Below are positions 49,120 through 61,306 of a stretch of 64,000 nucleotides of DNA, piece after piece (positions within the stretch are counted from its first letter, which is position 1; each line of letters starts with the position of its first letter). Source of the DNA: Raillietiella orientalis. Its lineage: Eukaryota. The notes under the pieces are model-generated. The model saw only the letters and a list, made by a program, of their open reading frames with translations. It ran no database searches and was not told the DNA's origin. The position numbers were made by a program, and so were the translations under genes. The stretch is taken from the NCBI GenBank assembly GCA_036172245.1, contig JAYWIR010000005.1:2356001-2420000 (forward strand). Direction: 5' to 3'.

Positions 49120-50869
49120 AGTTTGACAAAGGACAAGGGGCCTCATTAGAAGAGCCCTCTGGGGCAATCGGAGGCCCCGCGTCCGTCTTAAAGACCTGTG
49201 CGCTCCACGCAGGGACGGTGGACTTGGTCTCCTGACGCTGAAGCGCATGAAGCGACAGCTCCAATTCCGTAAACTTGCCCTTGTGGCAAAGTACTGGACC
49301 TCACCCTGGTGTGCACCTTCACGACTGCTGGCTCACAGGGCAACCGGCTGCCATGGATTGACCTCAATCCTAGTATCCAACGACCGCAGCCTTAACCACT
49401 GTTGTTTTCAGCTTCGAAAATTGGTTGCCCTGTTGAGAGACAATCCGTGGATCTCCTGCATCCCAGCGGACTGGACTACCTGGCTACAGGAATCCGTTTC
49501 CGCATGGGCTACAATCAACGGCTCCAGCGATGAGGACTTCTCCTGACTCCGTAGAGGCAGGCACGCTGGTCAGTCACTGCAGGAGATCGTCAGCAGCCCA
49601 CGGAAGCTTCTGTGTTCCTCCTTTACCCCCCTTGCCCCAGTGCTGCCCTCCCTCAGGGAAGTTCGTGACAGCCGCCAGGAGGCATCGTGGGAAGTGTGCT
49701 GCTTCATCGGAGGCAGGAAAAAATTATTGAAGGCGTGGACGTCTCGGGAACTAGCGGACGCTAGTACCCCGAGTGTCCCGCCGAATGGACTTTCACGCTG
49801 GGGCGCGCTGCTCGAAGTACCTCCGGAGGAAATGAAGTGGCCCCCGGCGTCGTAAGATAACGGCACCCTTCCCCTGCAGTGGCAGGAGACGGCTTGCTTC
49901 TGCTCCATTGGGGACTGTTAAGAAGAGCGCGCTTGTCTCTCTGGACACACGGGAGTTTGCACCCGGTCACGCCGGGGCGTTTATTCCTAAACACTTTGTT
50001 TTCGCGGTACGAGGCCCCGCTACGGCCAATAGTTCTTTAGACCTGCCGAGAAGCTGGCTCGCAGGCCGGCTTGACTCTCCTCCGCGACGGAGGGGTTAGA
50101 GGGTAAAAACGAAAAGAAAAATAAAAGAAATAAACGAAAAGAAACTATTTGGACGGCCGGGAAGAGATCAGAACCCGCTGGAGGAAGAGACCATCCTTTC
50201 GAGGTTGGTCACAGGACACACGGGAGTGTGGATGCTTATTGCCCAGACTGTGAAGAACGAGAAACCTTTCCTCACTTTATTGTTGAGTGCGTTGCCCTAC
50301 GCGATATCTGGGACCGACTCTCGTCGATATTGAACATTCCGCGGGGCAATCCGAAGAACATTTTTCGACTCCTGATGCGGGACGCCTTGCCAGCTTCCGG
50401 GTGTGTAGCGGTGCTTTGTTGCATACGCGGAATACTGGACAAGTAGACCGCGTCAAGGAGAGGACATGCCAGTCGGAATGCCATCCACTGGGCAACCATC
50501 TCCTTGGAGAAGGCCTGCCGTTGGCGCCGACTTGGGAAACACTTACAGGCACTCGTGCGCATACGTGACCGGATGCAGAGGCCTTCTCACGGGGTACCGT
50601 GATTCCTACCCTTTCCTCTTCTTCCCGAAGAACATTGCCCCCCAGACGTTTTCTTTTTTTTTTTTCCTCTATTTTTGTTTTTCCCCGCCCCATCGCCAGT
50701 GTTGAAGACCATATCGGCCTTCGGATCGGTAAGGACAAGTGCCTCAATACAGTCTGGCAAAGTTTCCAGACTGAAGAAAACTTAATTGAAGAAATATGAC
50801 TTTATTATAGAATTTTGTGCACTTGAAAAATTTTAGTAATAAAAGCCCCGGCTCACCCGGGTGAAAAAC
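49120..50869 (+). mobile_element. Subfamily C-like element, ORF2 C-terminus and 3' end
   Basis: RVRLKDLCAPRRDGGLG, EEMKWPPAS, CPDCEERETFPHFIVEC. Terminal motif 50838-50869. Confidence 0.88.
49955..50213 (-). mobile_element. ~260-bp 3'-UTR-only insertion with TSD
   Basis: ggacacacggga(gt) at 49943 and 50214. The insert has the 3' UTR layout and terminal motif of subfamily B. Confidence 0.9.
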
Positions 50870-50900
50870 CCACTGTTGGACGATGCGGCCCACCTTCGCC

Positions 50901-53491
50901 GTGGTCGCACGCGTTTTTGGTGAGCTCCCGCGAGCGTAACCAAAAGCACTTTTTGTGAGTGTGGAAGTGCGGCCGTTGGAAGGCAGAAATGCCTGAAGAC
51001 GCCGTAGTACCTGCGACGGGAGACGTGAGGCCCATGTCTCCCCAACCCATGGAGGTGGGGTCATGCCCCACCACAAAATCAGCCCCAGCCACCCCGGCAA
51101 GGGCGTGGAACAAGGTGGCCGCGGCGGCTCCGCAGCTGCAGAAGTGCAGGCCTACATAAAGGAGGGCTACAACCCTGCCCTCCTTTACAAGGTAGGAAAT
51201 CTTTATTCTTCGCTAACTACGCGGAAATTTGGTAACGCCATCCGTAGGATGGGCATTACAGAGGAAGACATTCTGTGCTTCTCGGAACGGAGCGGAGGGC
51301 AGTTCGCGGAGCTCATTTGCAGAGATGCAGCGCTCACGCACAAACTGCTCTGCACGCCCGTTCCGTTCGAAGAACGGAATCTTCTCCCACACACGGTGGA
51401 TCACTCCATGGTAATCCACCTAACCGGTACAACGGTGCGGATGAGCGACGAAGCCATTCTCACTGAAATCAACAAGTTCGCGGAGATATACGCGATGTGG
51501 TCGAAACCCAACGCCTTTACTTATCGAGGCGCATTCAGTGGGCAAGTTACCGCACACGTAACTCTCCGCGAAAACAAAGAACTTCCCCACAATCTGGAAG
51601 TCAACGACGAGCTCGTTGACCTCTGGTACGTAGGGAAGGAAAAATACTGTGGGCTGTGCAACACGTTTGGTCACCTCAAAGAGAGATGCCCGGACGCCAC
51701 ATGCCGAACGTGCGGCGCTAAGGGTCACACTACTGCTGTGTGCCCGAAAAACGCCGCGACAACGCCTTCAGCCCCTTCGACAAACGAGGGGAAGAAGGCA
51801 GAATTTAAAGCAAAGAGCGATGGAAAGCCGACTTCAGAAGAAGTCGTGCACAAGGAGCAGGAGCCTCAAAAGGAGACTTCTGATCCAAATGCCGACGAGG
51901 AAGGCTGGAAAGTCGTATCAAACAAAAAACCTAAGGAAACACAAAATAAACCAAAAATGCCTACAAAAAATTATAAAAATCAGAACGCGAGCGTTCCGAA
52001 AAAACCCGCGAACGGCCAACCGAAAATTTCGCCGCGCGAGTCGATAAAGGAATGCCGCGTTACAATCGAGCGCGTTCCGTCAATCGAGCGTCGATCGGCG
52101 AACGCGACTCCCGGAACCGTCGCGAACGCCGCGGAACCGCCGCAGGAATCCTGCGACAAACACGCGAGCAGCAGCGACGAGAAAAACTTCGCGAAGGCGG
52201 CGGAGGAACTCGCGGCCACCATTATGCAGCCGCCTAAGACTGCAAAGAAGGCCGTGAGACGTCCGGAGGAAGCCAAAGGACCGAAAACTTTCGAGGCCGA
52301 GGCGGAAGCCGGAAACGCTCCCACCGTCGCCCTCCCGAAAAGAAAGGCGGGCCGGAAGTACCGCAACCCTATGTGCGTCGCTCCCCCTCAGGCTGAGGAG
52401 GAGGAAATGCGCTCGAGTAGCGGGGAGGCGATGTCCGCGAGGTCGCGGGATCCCTCCAAGGAAACCGCCCGGTCCGATCTTCCGATCGACCTCGGTCCGG
52501 CTGCCGACGTTCCGGTCGCTGCGGAAACGCCGTCCATGCAGGTGAACATCGACCAGCCGCCTCCCGAACAGGAGGCGGCTACACAATCGCCACCACCATT
52601 ATTAGCATGATGTGCGGAATCGCGTCTTGCCGGCAGCTGCGTATAGCCTGTTGGAATGTCAACGGGCTGCGTAACGAAAGCAAGAGGCGTAGCGTGGCCG
52701 ACACCCTGCGACCTTTCGACCTGCCTCTTCTCCAAGAGGATCACGCCCTCAGGGGAGAGGACGTCCAGGAGATCGAGAGGCTTACAGGAGGAAGCCTACT
52801 TTGGCGATCCGGTGGAGACCACTCCCGCGGAGTGGCCTTCCTGCTGAAGCCAGCCATCGCCAAGGCAGTGCGCAGTATTCAGTTCGACGAGGAAGGTCGA
52901 GTTGGGCAACTTGTCCTCAAGTGGTCCGGATCGATCGACCTCGTGGACACGAACGTATACGCGCCCTGCAGCAGCCACAGGCGCGGAGAACGCACTGCGT
53001 TCTTCGAAGCCCTGCGGCGAGACTGGTTGGCCGAAACAGGCGTGCGGCGAACACACATGATAGCGGGAGACTTCAACGTCCGCCTGCTGTCGGAAGCGCC
53101 CGACATAAGAGCACAACTGGTCAACGAGTTGTGTGCGTCGGTGAACGCGCGCAACTTGTTGGCCGATGAAGCCGACGTGAATCGCAGAATCGACCACGTG
53201 TTCCTCGATAAACAGCTGTGCACGCGGGTGGGTACTCGAGGCGCACTTGCGTCGGAGCTGTCCGATCAGCCTCGGCTAGTGCTCACCATCCATCCGCGCG
53301 ACAGAGGTCCACCCACCGAAGCGTGGCGCCTGCCGGGAGACTGGTTGCGACTCGCAGGAGCGCGCGAACATCTGCGTGCATTCCTGCGTGGTTGCGAACT
53401 GCAGACTCTCGCTGACTGGGACAAAATAAAACGCTCACTCCGAGAGTTCTGCGACCAGTTTCCCCTCCATCAACTTCCTTCAGGTTTCGGC
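50901..53491 (+). mobile_element. Subfamily D element, 5' part (ORF1 with early frameshift, APE)
   Basis: ORF 51063..52610 has CGLCNTFGHLKERC and CRTCGAKGHTTAVC. APE ORF starts at 52607 and is cut at FPLHQLPSGFG. Confidence 0.92.
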
Positions 53492-55610
53492 GATGTTACC
53501 CGGATACGCCAAGACGTTTATTAAAAACATTTCAACAGTCAATACAGAACGTGGTACAAGGCCACACTGACGGCCACGCTATACCGGAACTGCCGGAACA
53601 CCGGGACGCAGCTCGGTGTGGCTCTCCTCGGCAGTGGAGGAGGATTGGGGAGAAAAAAAAATAAAAGAAAAGAGAAAAACAAACCACAAAAAAAAGTTTG
53701 GAGGGCCGGGAGGGGATCACAGAAAACTGCTGGGAGGGCCCATCCTTTGCAGGATGCCTTCAAGTTCCATTTTCAGTTTTGCTCGATGGGGCCATCGGAT
53801 AGCTCTCTGCAGGAAGCGAGAAGCATACTCGATCACGTTCCTCACGATGCAGTCTTCATCTTCGGCATCACTCCAGTCCGCCACGATACCACGAATGCAG
53901 CAAAGTGCTGCCAGGGCTGCGGCTGGACTGATCGCGTCCCGCGCGAACACAAGACTGTAGACACATCCAACATTGCGAGCATCCGGTATCCCAAGGGCCG
54001 TTTTAAGACGATCCCAAAGAATCCGGACGGCAGGGCATTCCACTAAGAGGTGGGGGAGCGACTCCCGCTCCCCATACTTGGCACACGCAGGATTTACTCT
54101 TCTTTGCGTCCAGTGGAAGCGGCGCGCGTTGCAGGGTAGACCGCAATGCAGCCACAGAAGCGCTGATTCTTGCCACTTCAGGGAAAGAATCCTGGATCCA
54201 AGTAGAACCGGGGGCCACTTCAGGTCATCAAATCGGATGCTGAGCAGCTCGCCTAATTTTCTTAATCCACGCGGCTGGAGACTAAGGGTCGTTGCTTCTG
54301 TCAACTCCCCCATGGTCCAGCCGCTCATCATCTTCTCTCTGCCTGCGATACGGCAGCAGACTTGCCACCTTGGCTTCCAACTTTTGTGGAGCTCCCTTTG
54401 GAGGAAGGGCATCGCCGTAACAAGGGGTGTGCCTTCCGCCCACGTGTACCTCGGTGGAAATTCAAGAATTTCACGAAGAGTTCGGCGGAAGTAAAAGCCG
54501 ACTCGCAGGCAGTTCATCCGGTCTTCGCACCTCTAGTTCTGCTTAGCACAGGTGCCAGCAGTCTCTTCCAGCCAAGCGGAGAAGTTGGCGGGCCCACAAA
54601 CCATCCAGTCGTTCTCCTTTGCCAGGGTTGCCATGCGGCCGAACAGTAGACCGCATCCTCGAATCTTCCGGCCAGGGCACAGAAGAAACGATGCGAGTCC
54701 TTCGCAGCGGGACACATGCCTGGCCAGGAGGCGGGCCGGAATGCACCAAGCGGTGCTCCACATCTTCGCTGCGATGGCGAAGGTTCGCCATCGCAACTGG
54801 ATTTCCACGCGCTCCAGCGTCAGGATGCTCAGATCGCCGTCCCGACGCGGAGCGCACAAGTCCTTCAAAGGGAAACGGGGCCTCCCCTTGCCCCAAAAGG
54901 GCTATGCTAAGGAGGTCCTTCGTCCTCTTTTTAACAACTCCTGGGGCGGGGCAAACAAAAAGCAAGAAGCGGAGGATAAGGGCCGCAAAGGCGTTCAAAA
55001 CCACGGCCCGTTCTGGCAAGTGAAACTTGCCTTCCAGGAACGGGCCGATCGCCGTCTCCACTTTTTGGAGGCAGCTGGACCACGCTTCCGCAGATGAGAA
55101 GTTTGCGAACGGCACACCGAAGTTCTTGATGCACCTTACCGTGCGAATTCCCAGATGGACCCAGCCCTGCTGCCCTGCCCACGTCGCTCCAACTAGGAAC
55201 ACCGACGACTTCGCCCTGTTAACCTGTAATCCGGCCCCACGGCTAAGCAGGTCGAAGAAATCTCCGAACGCCTTCGTCCGGGTGGACATAGGTAAGAGGA
55301 GCAGAAGATCGTCGTCATACGCCTCTTTGGCTGGCGTGCCGAGGCACGAGCTCGGCAATGGGGCGAAAGTCACCCTGTACGCTCTCAGCACCAACTCAGC
55401 GTAGGTGCTAAAGGGCAGAAGGATTAGGCTGTCGCCCTGCTTCATGCCCCGCCGCACCGGCACGCCATACACCTTTTGTCCACTGAAAGTAATCGAGATT
55501 ATCGCGTTTCGCCAGCAAGAGCGCAGGTAGGAAATCAAGGAGGGTGGGAAGCCCATACGACCCAGGATCTCCAAGAGGAGTTCCTAGTCAACACAGTCGA
55601 ATGCCTTGTG
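53492..55610 (-). mobile_element. Subfamily B' element, RT (from HKAFD) to 3' end
   Basis: Inverted homologue of 7365-9631; ORFs 54543..55574 and 53717..54517. Confidence 0.92.
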
Positions 55611-56996
55611 CGCTCTAGGGCGGACGTGTTTTCTCGGTGCTTCTCGTGCCAGGAAGTCTCCTCCAGTGCAAGCGTCGTGTGTTTCGGTGGTCAATCAGGC
55701 AGCGATGCCTGACGCGACCACCAGGGATGGCCAGGGGGCAGCGGCAACGCCGCCCCAGAAGCGATGGAGAGCCAGGGGGCGGCGGCAACGTCGCTTCCAG
55801 AGGCGATGGAGGTGGGGGCGTCCGCCCTCACAGAAGCGATCGCCGCTGGAGCGCGGGCGTGGAGCGCCGTTGTGTCGGCGCCATCGCCTGCAGCCGCGGC
55901 GGAATTGTCGGCCTATGTAGAGGAGGGGTATAACCCCTCATTGTTCTACAAGGTAGGCAATTTATATTCTTTGGAGACCGCGCGCGCCTTCTCGAAGGGC
56001 ATGCGCGCTCTTGATGTGAAAGAGGAGGAGCTCAGCGCTATGACCATGCGCAGCGGGGGTCAGTACGTTGAGGTCATCTGCAAACATGCAGAGCTGGCCC
56101 AACGACTACTTAAAACCCCCGTTGTGATGAAGACGCGCAGGCTCCTCCCCACTACGGCGGACCGCACCATGGTGGTCCACCTGTTAGGCGTAACCGCGCG
56201 AATGCGCAAAGAACAGGTTCGCGCCGCTTTGGAACAGTTCGGAACGGTCCACGCGCAGTGGACGAAAGTAAGTCCTTTCTAGGACTACACGGGACTGCAA
56301 CACGGCCTCACTGCTGCGCGCGTGATCGTTCGGGAGGGCTACACACTTCCCCACAAACTGGTGGTCGAAGGCGGAACCTCCGACCTCTGGTATGTGGGGA
56401 AGCCGAAATACTGTGGCTTCTGCAATACGTCGGGCCACCTCAAAAAGAGGTGTCCCAACGTGCAGTGCCAAGTATGGAAAACCATAAGAAACACGACGGA
56501 GGTGTGCCCTAAAGCAGCAGTGCGGGTGGTTTCCAAGAGAAACCTTAAAAAACGTGCCCGGCTTCTGCCGAAAAGGCTGGCGGCGAAAGCTGCCGCGAAG
56601 ACTGTGCCACCCGCGCCCATGGTCCAGGCCGCACCCGAGACCCTGGCGAACAACGCCAAACAAGTCGAGGGAACATGCCAGGAGCCTCGGTCGCAGGTGG
56701 CTACGGCCAAAAAATTAAGAAGGAGAGGAGGATGGAGAAAAAGCTCGCGTACCTTTAGAAAAAACAGCAGGCAAACGAGCAAATTAAAGAATGCAGCGTT
56801 GTCGTCGAGCGTATTCTCGACCGCTGCAAAAAACAACTTGCCGCTACCGACGACCACCCCTCTGTTGACTCTGTCAACAGCGAGGGGAGCGAGCCGGCGG
56901 CGGCGTCCGTCATCGACACCACCATCGATGACGTAGCCTCCGCGAGAGCCGCGGAGGAGCTGGCAGCCTCGTTGCAGCCAGAACCCTCCGCGGCCA
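55611..56996 (+). mobile_element. Subfamily A element, 5' end and most of ORF1
   Basis: 5' motif GGGCGGACGTGTTTTC; ORFs 55764..56282 and 56322..56936 are homologous to 38180-39640. Confidence 0.9.
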
Positions 56997-59306
56997 GTAG
57001 GAGGACATGTTTTTCCTTCACTCCCCAAAGAGTAGTAGGAAAGCGCTTTTTCTTGTGTGTGGTGTTTTGTGTACATCGTCGGTGTCCAATGGCCACGACG
57101 CCAGAGGACACCGCGATGGAGGTGGGAGTGGGGGAGGCTAGTTCGCCCCCACAGCCTACTGGAGCAGGAGCAGCCGCCCCGGAATCATCCCCGGCCACGC
57201 CGAGGACATGGAGCGCCATGGTGGCCGCGCCCAGCGCAGAAGCCATGGCGGAGATGGCCGCATACAAGGCCTGAGGGTACAAGCCTTCGCTTGTGTACCA
57301 GGTAGGCAACTTGTTCGACGGCCGGACAGCGCGCGCCTTCCGCAAAGCGTTGAAGGACGCGAATGTCACAGAGAAGGATCTGGACGGCCTCTCCGTCCTC
57401 AGCGGCGGGCAGCGGGTCGAGGTGGTCTGCAAAGATGTCACCTTGGCTCACCGCCTTATCCATGCGCCGCTGAACGTAGACGGCCGCAAGATCCTGCCAG
57501 TATCTATGGACCGCTCCGTGGTGGTCCACATGACTGGCATCACCAGCCGCATGACGCGGTCAGCGGTTGGTGAGGAATTACGGAAGTACGGTAAGGTGCA
57601 CGCACTGTGGCCGAAACCCTCCATTTTCGACGGCTTCGATAGCCTTTTTGGTGGGCAGGCTGCAGCGCGGGTCACCGTACGGGAGAATTGTGGGCTTCCC
57701 CACAAACTACAGGTGGCGCAAGAAAACGTCGACCTATGGTATGTAGGGAAGCCCCGGTATTGCGGGCATTGTGATACCGTGGGACACCTACGTAAAAGGT
57801 GTCCCAATATACAATGCCATTTGTGCGGGGAGCGGGGCCACGTTCGGCGCGTGTGTCCCAAACGCCCCACCCCGGTTCCCCCTGCCGCGAAAAAAGCGCA
57901 GGGGAAACGCGCTTCAAAGGTCTCTAGACCTAAAGTAGAAAAGGGCCAGCACAAGCTGCCAACACCTCAACCTTCAACGCGTAAGCCGGAGGATAAACCT
58001 TCTGAAACGGTGGAAGGCGAAGAGGGATGGCAGCTTGTAGAGGCCAGAAAGCCGAGGAAACTCCCACCCGCGGAGAGCAAAGAGCGCAAGACGGCCGGTA
58101 AGCCGAAAAAACCCGGTCCGCGCTCGAAAACTCTGCGCGAGTGCACGGTGGCACTGGAACGAATCGTCGTTCCCGAGATTGCGACCCGGAGCGTCGATCC
58201 TCCCCTTGCCGTTTCCGCTGCGCCCGAGGCTCGCGACGGCGAACCCTCTGTTTACACAGAGGGTGAGCCGCGCGACATAGCGGCGGTCGAAGCCGCGGAC
58301 GCCGCGTTCGCGCAGGCGGCGGAGGAGCTCGCGGTCACGCTGGCCGAGCGTGAGAACCCCTCGCGCAAGGCCGTGCGAAGGCCGGCTCCGGCGAGGAAGG
58401 CCCCCAAAGGTGAGTCAGACCTGCGGGCCGGAAGCACATCCTCCTCCTCGGAGGCACCCCCCAGGAAGTCGAGACGCAAGTCCCAGAAGCCCAGGAGGCG
58501 CCTCCCCTCCACCAGCGAGGAGGAGAAGACGGAAGCCGTCGCCAGTGTGGGAAATTCGGAGGAGGAATTCCCACGCTCGGAAGCCGTCGATGCGGCCACC
58601 CCCATGGAGGAGGGTGAACAGGGGGGTGAAGTCCCCCCTGCAGGCGCCGACCCTGAACAGCCCGCCCCCATGGAGGAGGGCGAACAGGTAGGCGCGACTC
58701 CACCTGCGGGTGATCCGGCCGACGCGCCGGCACCGATGGAGGAGGGCGACCAGGTGCCTTCAGCACCTGACCCCCCTGCTCCACCTAGCGTCCCGCCCCA
58801 GCAGGTGGCGGACGCCGCACTGCCATCTTCCCAGGAGTAACACCTGGGCTCGCCAGTCGCCGTCGGATTCGCGCGCCCTGTTGGAATGTCAACGGGCTGC
58901 GCGACGACGGTAACAGGCGAGATACAGCCGACACCCTGCGGGAGTTCGACCTTACCCTGTTGCAGGAGATCCACGTGATCACCGCGGCAGACGTCCAGGA
59001 GATCGAGACGATCGCGGGGGGTCGGCTGTACTGGCAATGCGGCATCCGCAACACCTGCGGGGTCGCGTTCTTCGTGAAGCCGGCCATCGACGCTGCCGTG
59101 AAGGGCGTGCGCTTCGATGACGACGGTCGGGTCGGTCAGCTGACTCTCGGCTGGTCGGACTCGATCGATCTGATCGTCACGAATGTGTACGCCCCAACCG
59201 GTCAAAGGGATACAGCAACCGTACCAGGCTGCTTGAATCCTTGAAGCGCGACTGGCTGGCGAACACGAGCGTGCGGAAGGCTCACCTGATAGCGGGAGAT
59301 TTCAAT
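56997..59306 (+). mobile_element. Subfamily B element, 5' end, ORF1 (one premature stop ~57272) and APE up to GDFN
   Basis: 5' motif GGAGGACATGTTTTTCC; ORF 57293..58840 ends SQE*; APE follows. Confidence 0.92.
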
Positions 59307-59326
59307 CGAGTGCGGACGTGTTTTTC
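59307..59326 (+). promoter_or_regulatory. Conserved 5'-terminal motif GCGGACGTG(T/C)TTT (representative copy); candidate internal promoter/initiator
   Basis: Recurs at element starts ~3207(-), 19107(-), 26359(-), 30873(-), 38119, 47434(-), 55619, 57001, 59311; variant at ~50906. Function is inferred. Confidence 0.6.
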
Positions 59327-61306
59327 TTCGCTCTCGTCTCCGTGCTTTCATCCGCTTCATCTTGGCGTCGTACATTTTGACGACGATGTCGACCCAACTT
59401 GAAGCTACTGAAGTTGGAGGAGCAGCATATGGATCTGCAATCGCGGAACCGACGGCCGCCTCCACTTCGTCATTCTCGCTAATGGAGAGGAGTTTTGCTG
59501 ACGTTGCTGCCACAGCAGTAGTCGAAGGGAAGCCACTCGACGAGTCGGAGTTGCGGGCATACGTAGCCGAAGGCTATAGACCTGCTCTCCGATATAAGGT
59601 GAGTGGTTTTCTTTCTGCGCGCGACGGGAATCAGTTCAACGATTAACTGACCCGTGTTGGCGTGCGGGAGGAGGACCTTCTCGCCATTATGCCCGTAAAA
59701 GACATGGGCTATTCCAAGGTGCGTTGCAAAGACGCTGCACTTGTGCAACGCTTGCTGCGCACCCCGTTGTCGATCCGTGGCCAGAAGGTCTTCCCGGCAT
59801 CCATGGACGACTCATTTGTGGCAGAGATTTTCGACATCGAGTCGGAAGTCTCCGATACTGATATTCGGAACGCGTTGGCGAAATTCGCCACGGTCCATGC
59901 GCTGTGGAGGGTGCGTAGCAACCTCAAGGACTTCCCGTCCATACACAGCGGAGTCGCTGGAGTCCGGCTTACAATGCCGGACCGCCGTCTGCTGCCCACC
60001 CAACTACAGGTGAAAGACACGGTCGTTCACCTGTGGTTCGTGGGCAAAGTAAGAACGTGCGAGCAATGCGAAAAGGAGGGGCATTGTTTGGATAAATGCC
60101 CCTCTGGAAAATGCCGTTATTGCAAACTATCCGGGCACCAATTGAAAAATTGCCCGGATCTTTTGCGAAAAAAGGCAGCCGCGGAGCTCCATCTTAGAAA
60201 ACAAAGCGCGGATAAAAAGAAAAAATCTGCGAAAAACCTGGAGATTCACGGCAGAAATTCCGAAAAAACGCGAGGCGGAATGTCGCCCCAAAGCAGCAGG
60301 AAACCTCGCACGCGAAGCCCTGCGCGTCCCCTCTCGCGGCAGGGGAGCCGCAAAAGAAAGGGTGCGGGGAATCCGGGGCAATGCTAAGTCCCCCTAGGCG
60401 CAATAGCTGTCCTTCGCAAGCACGCCCGGCTCTTTCGGAGTTCGAGCAACCGGCGGGGACGCCAATGGACAACAACGGTAAGGAGAATTCCAGTACCGTC
60501 AGATCCATTCCTTCACTTCCTGCAGTGGCTGAGAAGCCCAAATCGGGTAAGAAGGGTTGTGCCGTGTCGACTTCGAAAGTCGGCAAAAAAAAATCCGCGT
60601 CGCCACCCAACACCGGGAAAGCGGAGAAAACTCTCACGCCGTCGCAGTCGGAGAGCAAGCTCTCGACTGGCGCGGATGCCATGCCAACGAAGGGATTAAA
60701 AGCCCTTCCGAAGGCAGCGTCCATGACGAGCGTGTCGGAGCCATCGAAAGTGCTCCCGTCCAAAGACGCGGACGGCTTCAAAGATGGCAATGGAACACAA
60801 TCTCCATTTACGGCGCCACGCGAAGTGAGGAACCGTAATGAAGTAAAGAAGACTTCAGCAAAGGTCCCTCGCGCAACTGCGCGTGAGCACGCTGAAAACG
60901 CGCGCGCCGGGAAAGCAGCCGTCACCAAAAGCGATGCTCTGGAGACGGAAAAAGACAACAGGACAGCTGTCAATCCGGAAGAACCTGTCACTACTTCGCG
61001 GAAGGCCGAAACTCGATCGAACATGCGCCGGTCGGACTCCGAAATGGATGCCGTTCCGATCACCGAGACGAGGACAACTCGTTCGAAAGCGTGTGCGCAC
61101 CGATTAATAGTAGGCAGCCAGGCAACGCTCGCCGCGAAGCCACGCGAAGTCTCCACGAAACCCGACGGGGTTAAGCCTGGCGTGGAGGCAGTACATGCAT
61201 GCAGCACGACAAAAGACGGTGGCGACCGTCCCCTCCAGCCAGTCGTGCTGCTCGCCGTCTGCTCGCCGGATAAAGCGAGTAAAAAGCCGCCACCTTCCCA
61301 GCAGTA

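Noticed and set aside
53040..55610. Recent inverted segmental duplication of 7365-10093
   Set aside because: Same host/insert pairing, but many substitutions and indels and no 7845 insert. An old duplication cannot be excluded and is flagged in the hot spot 2 finding.
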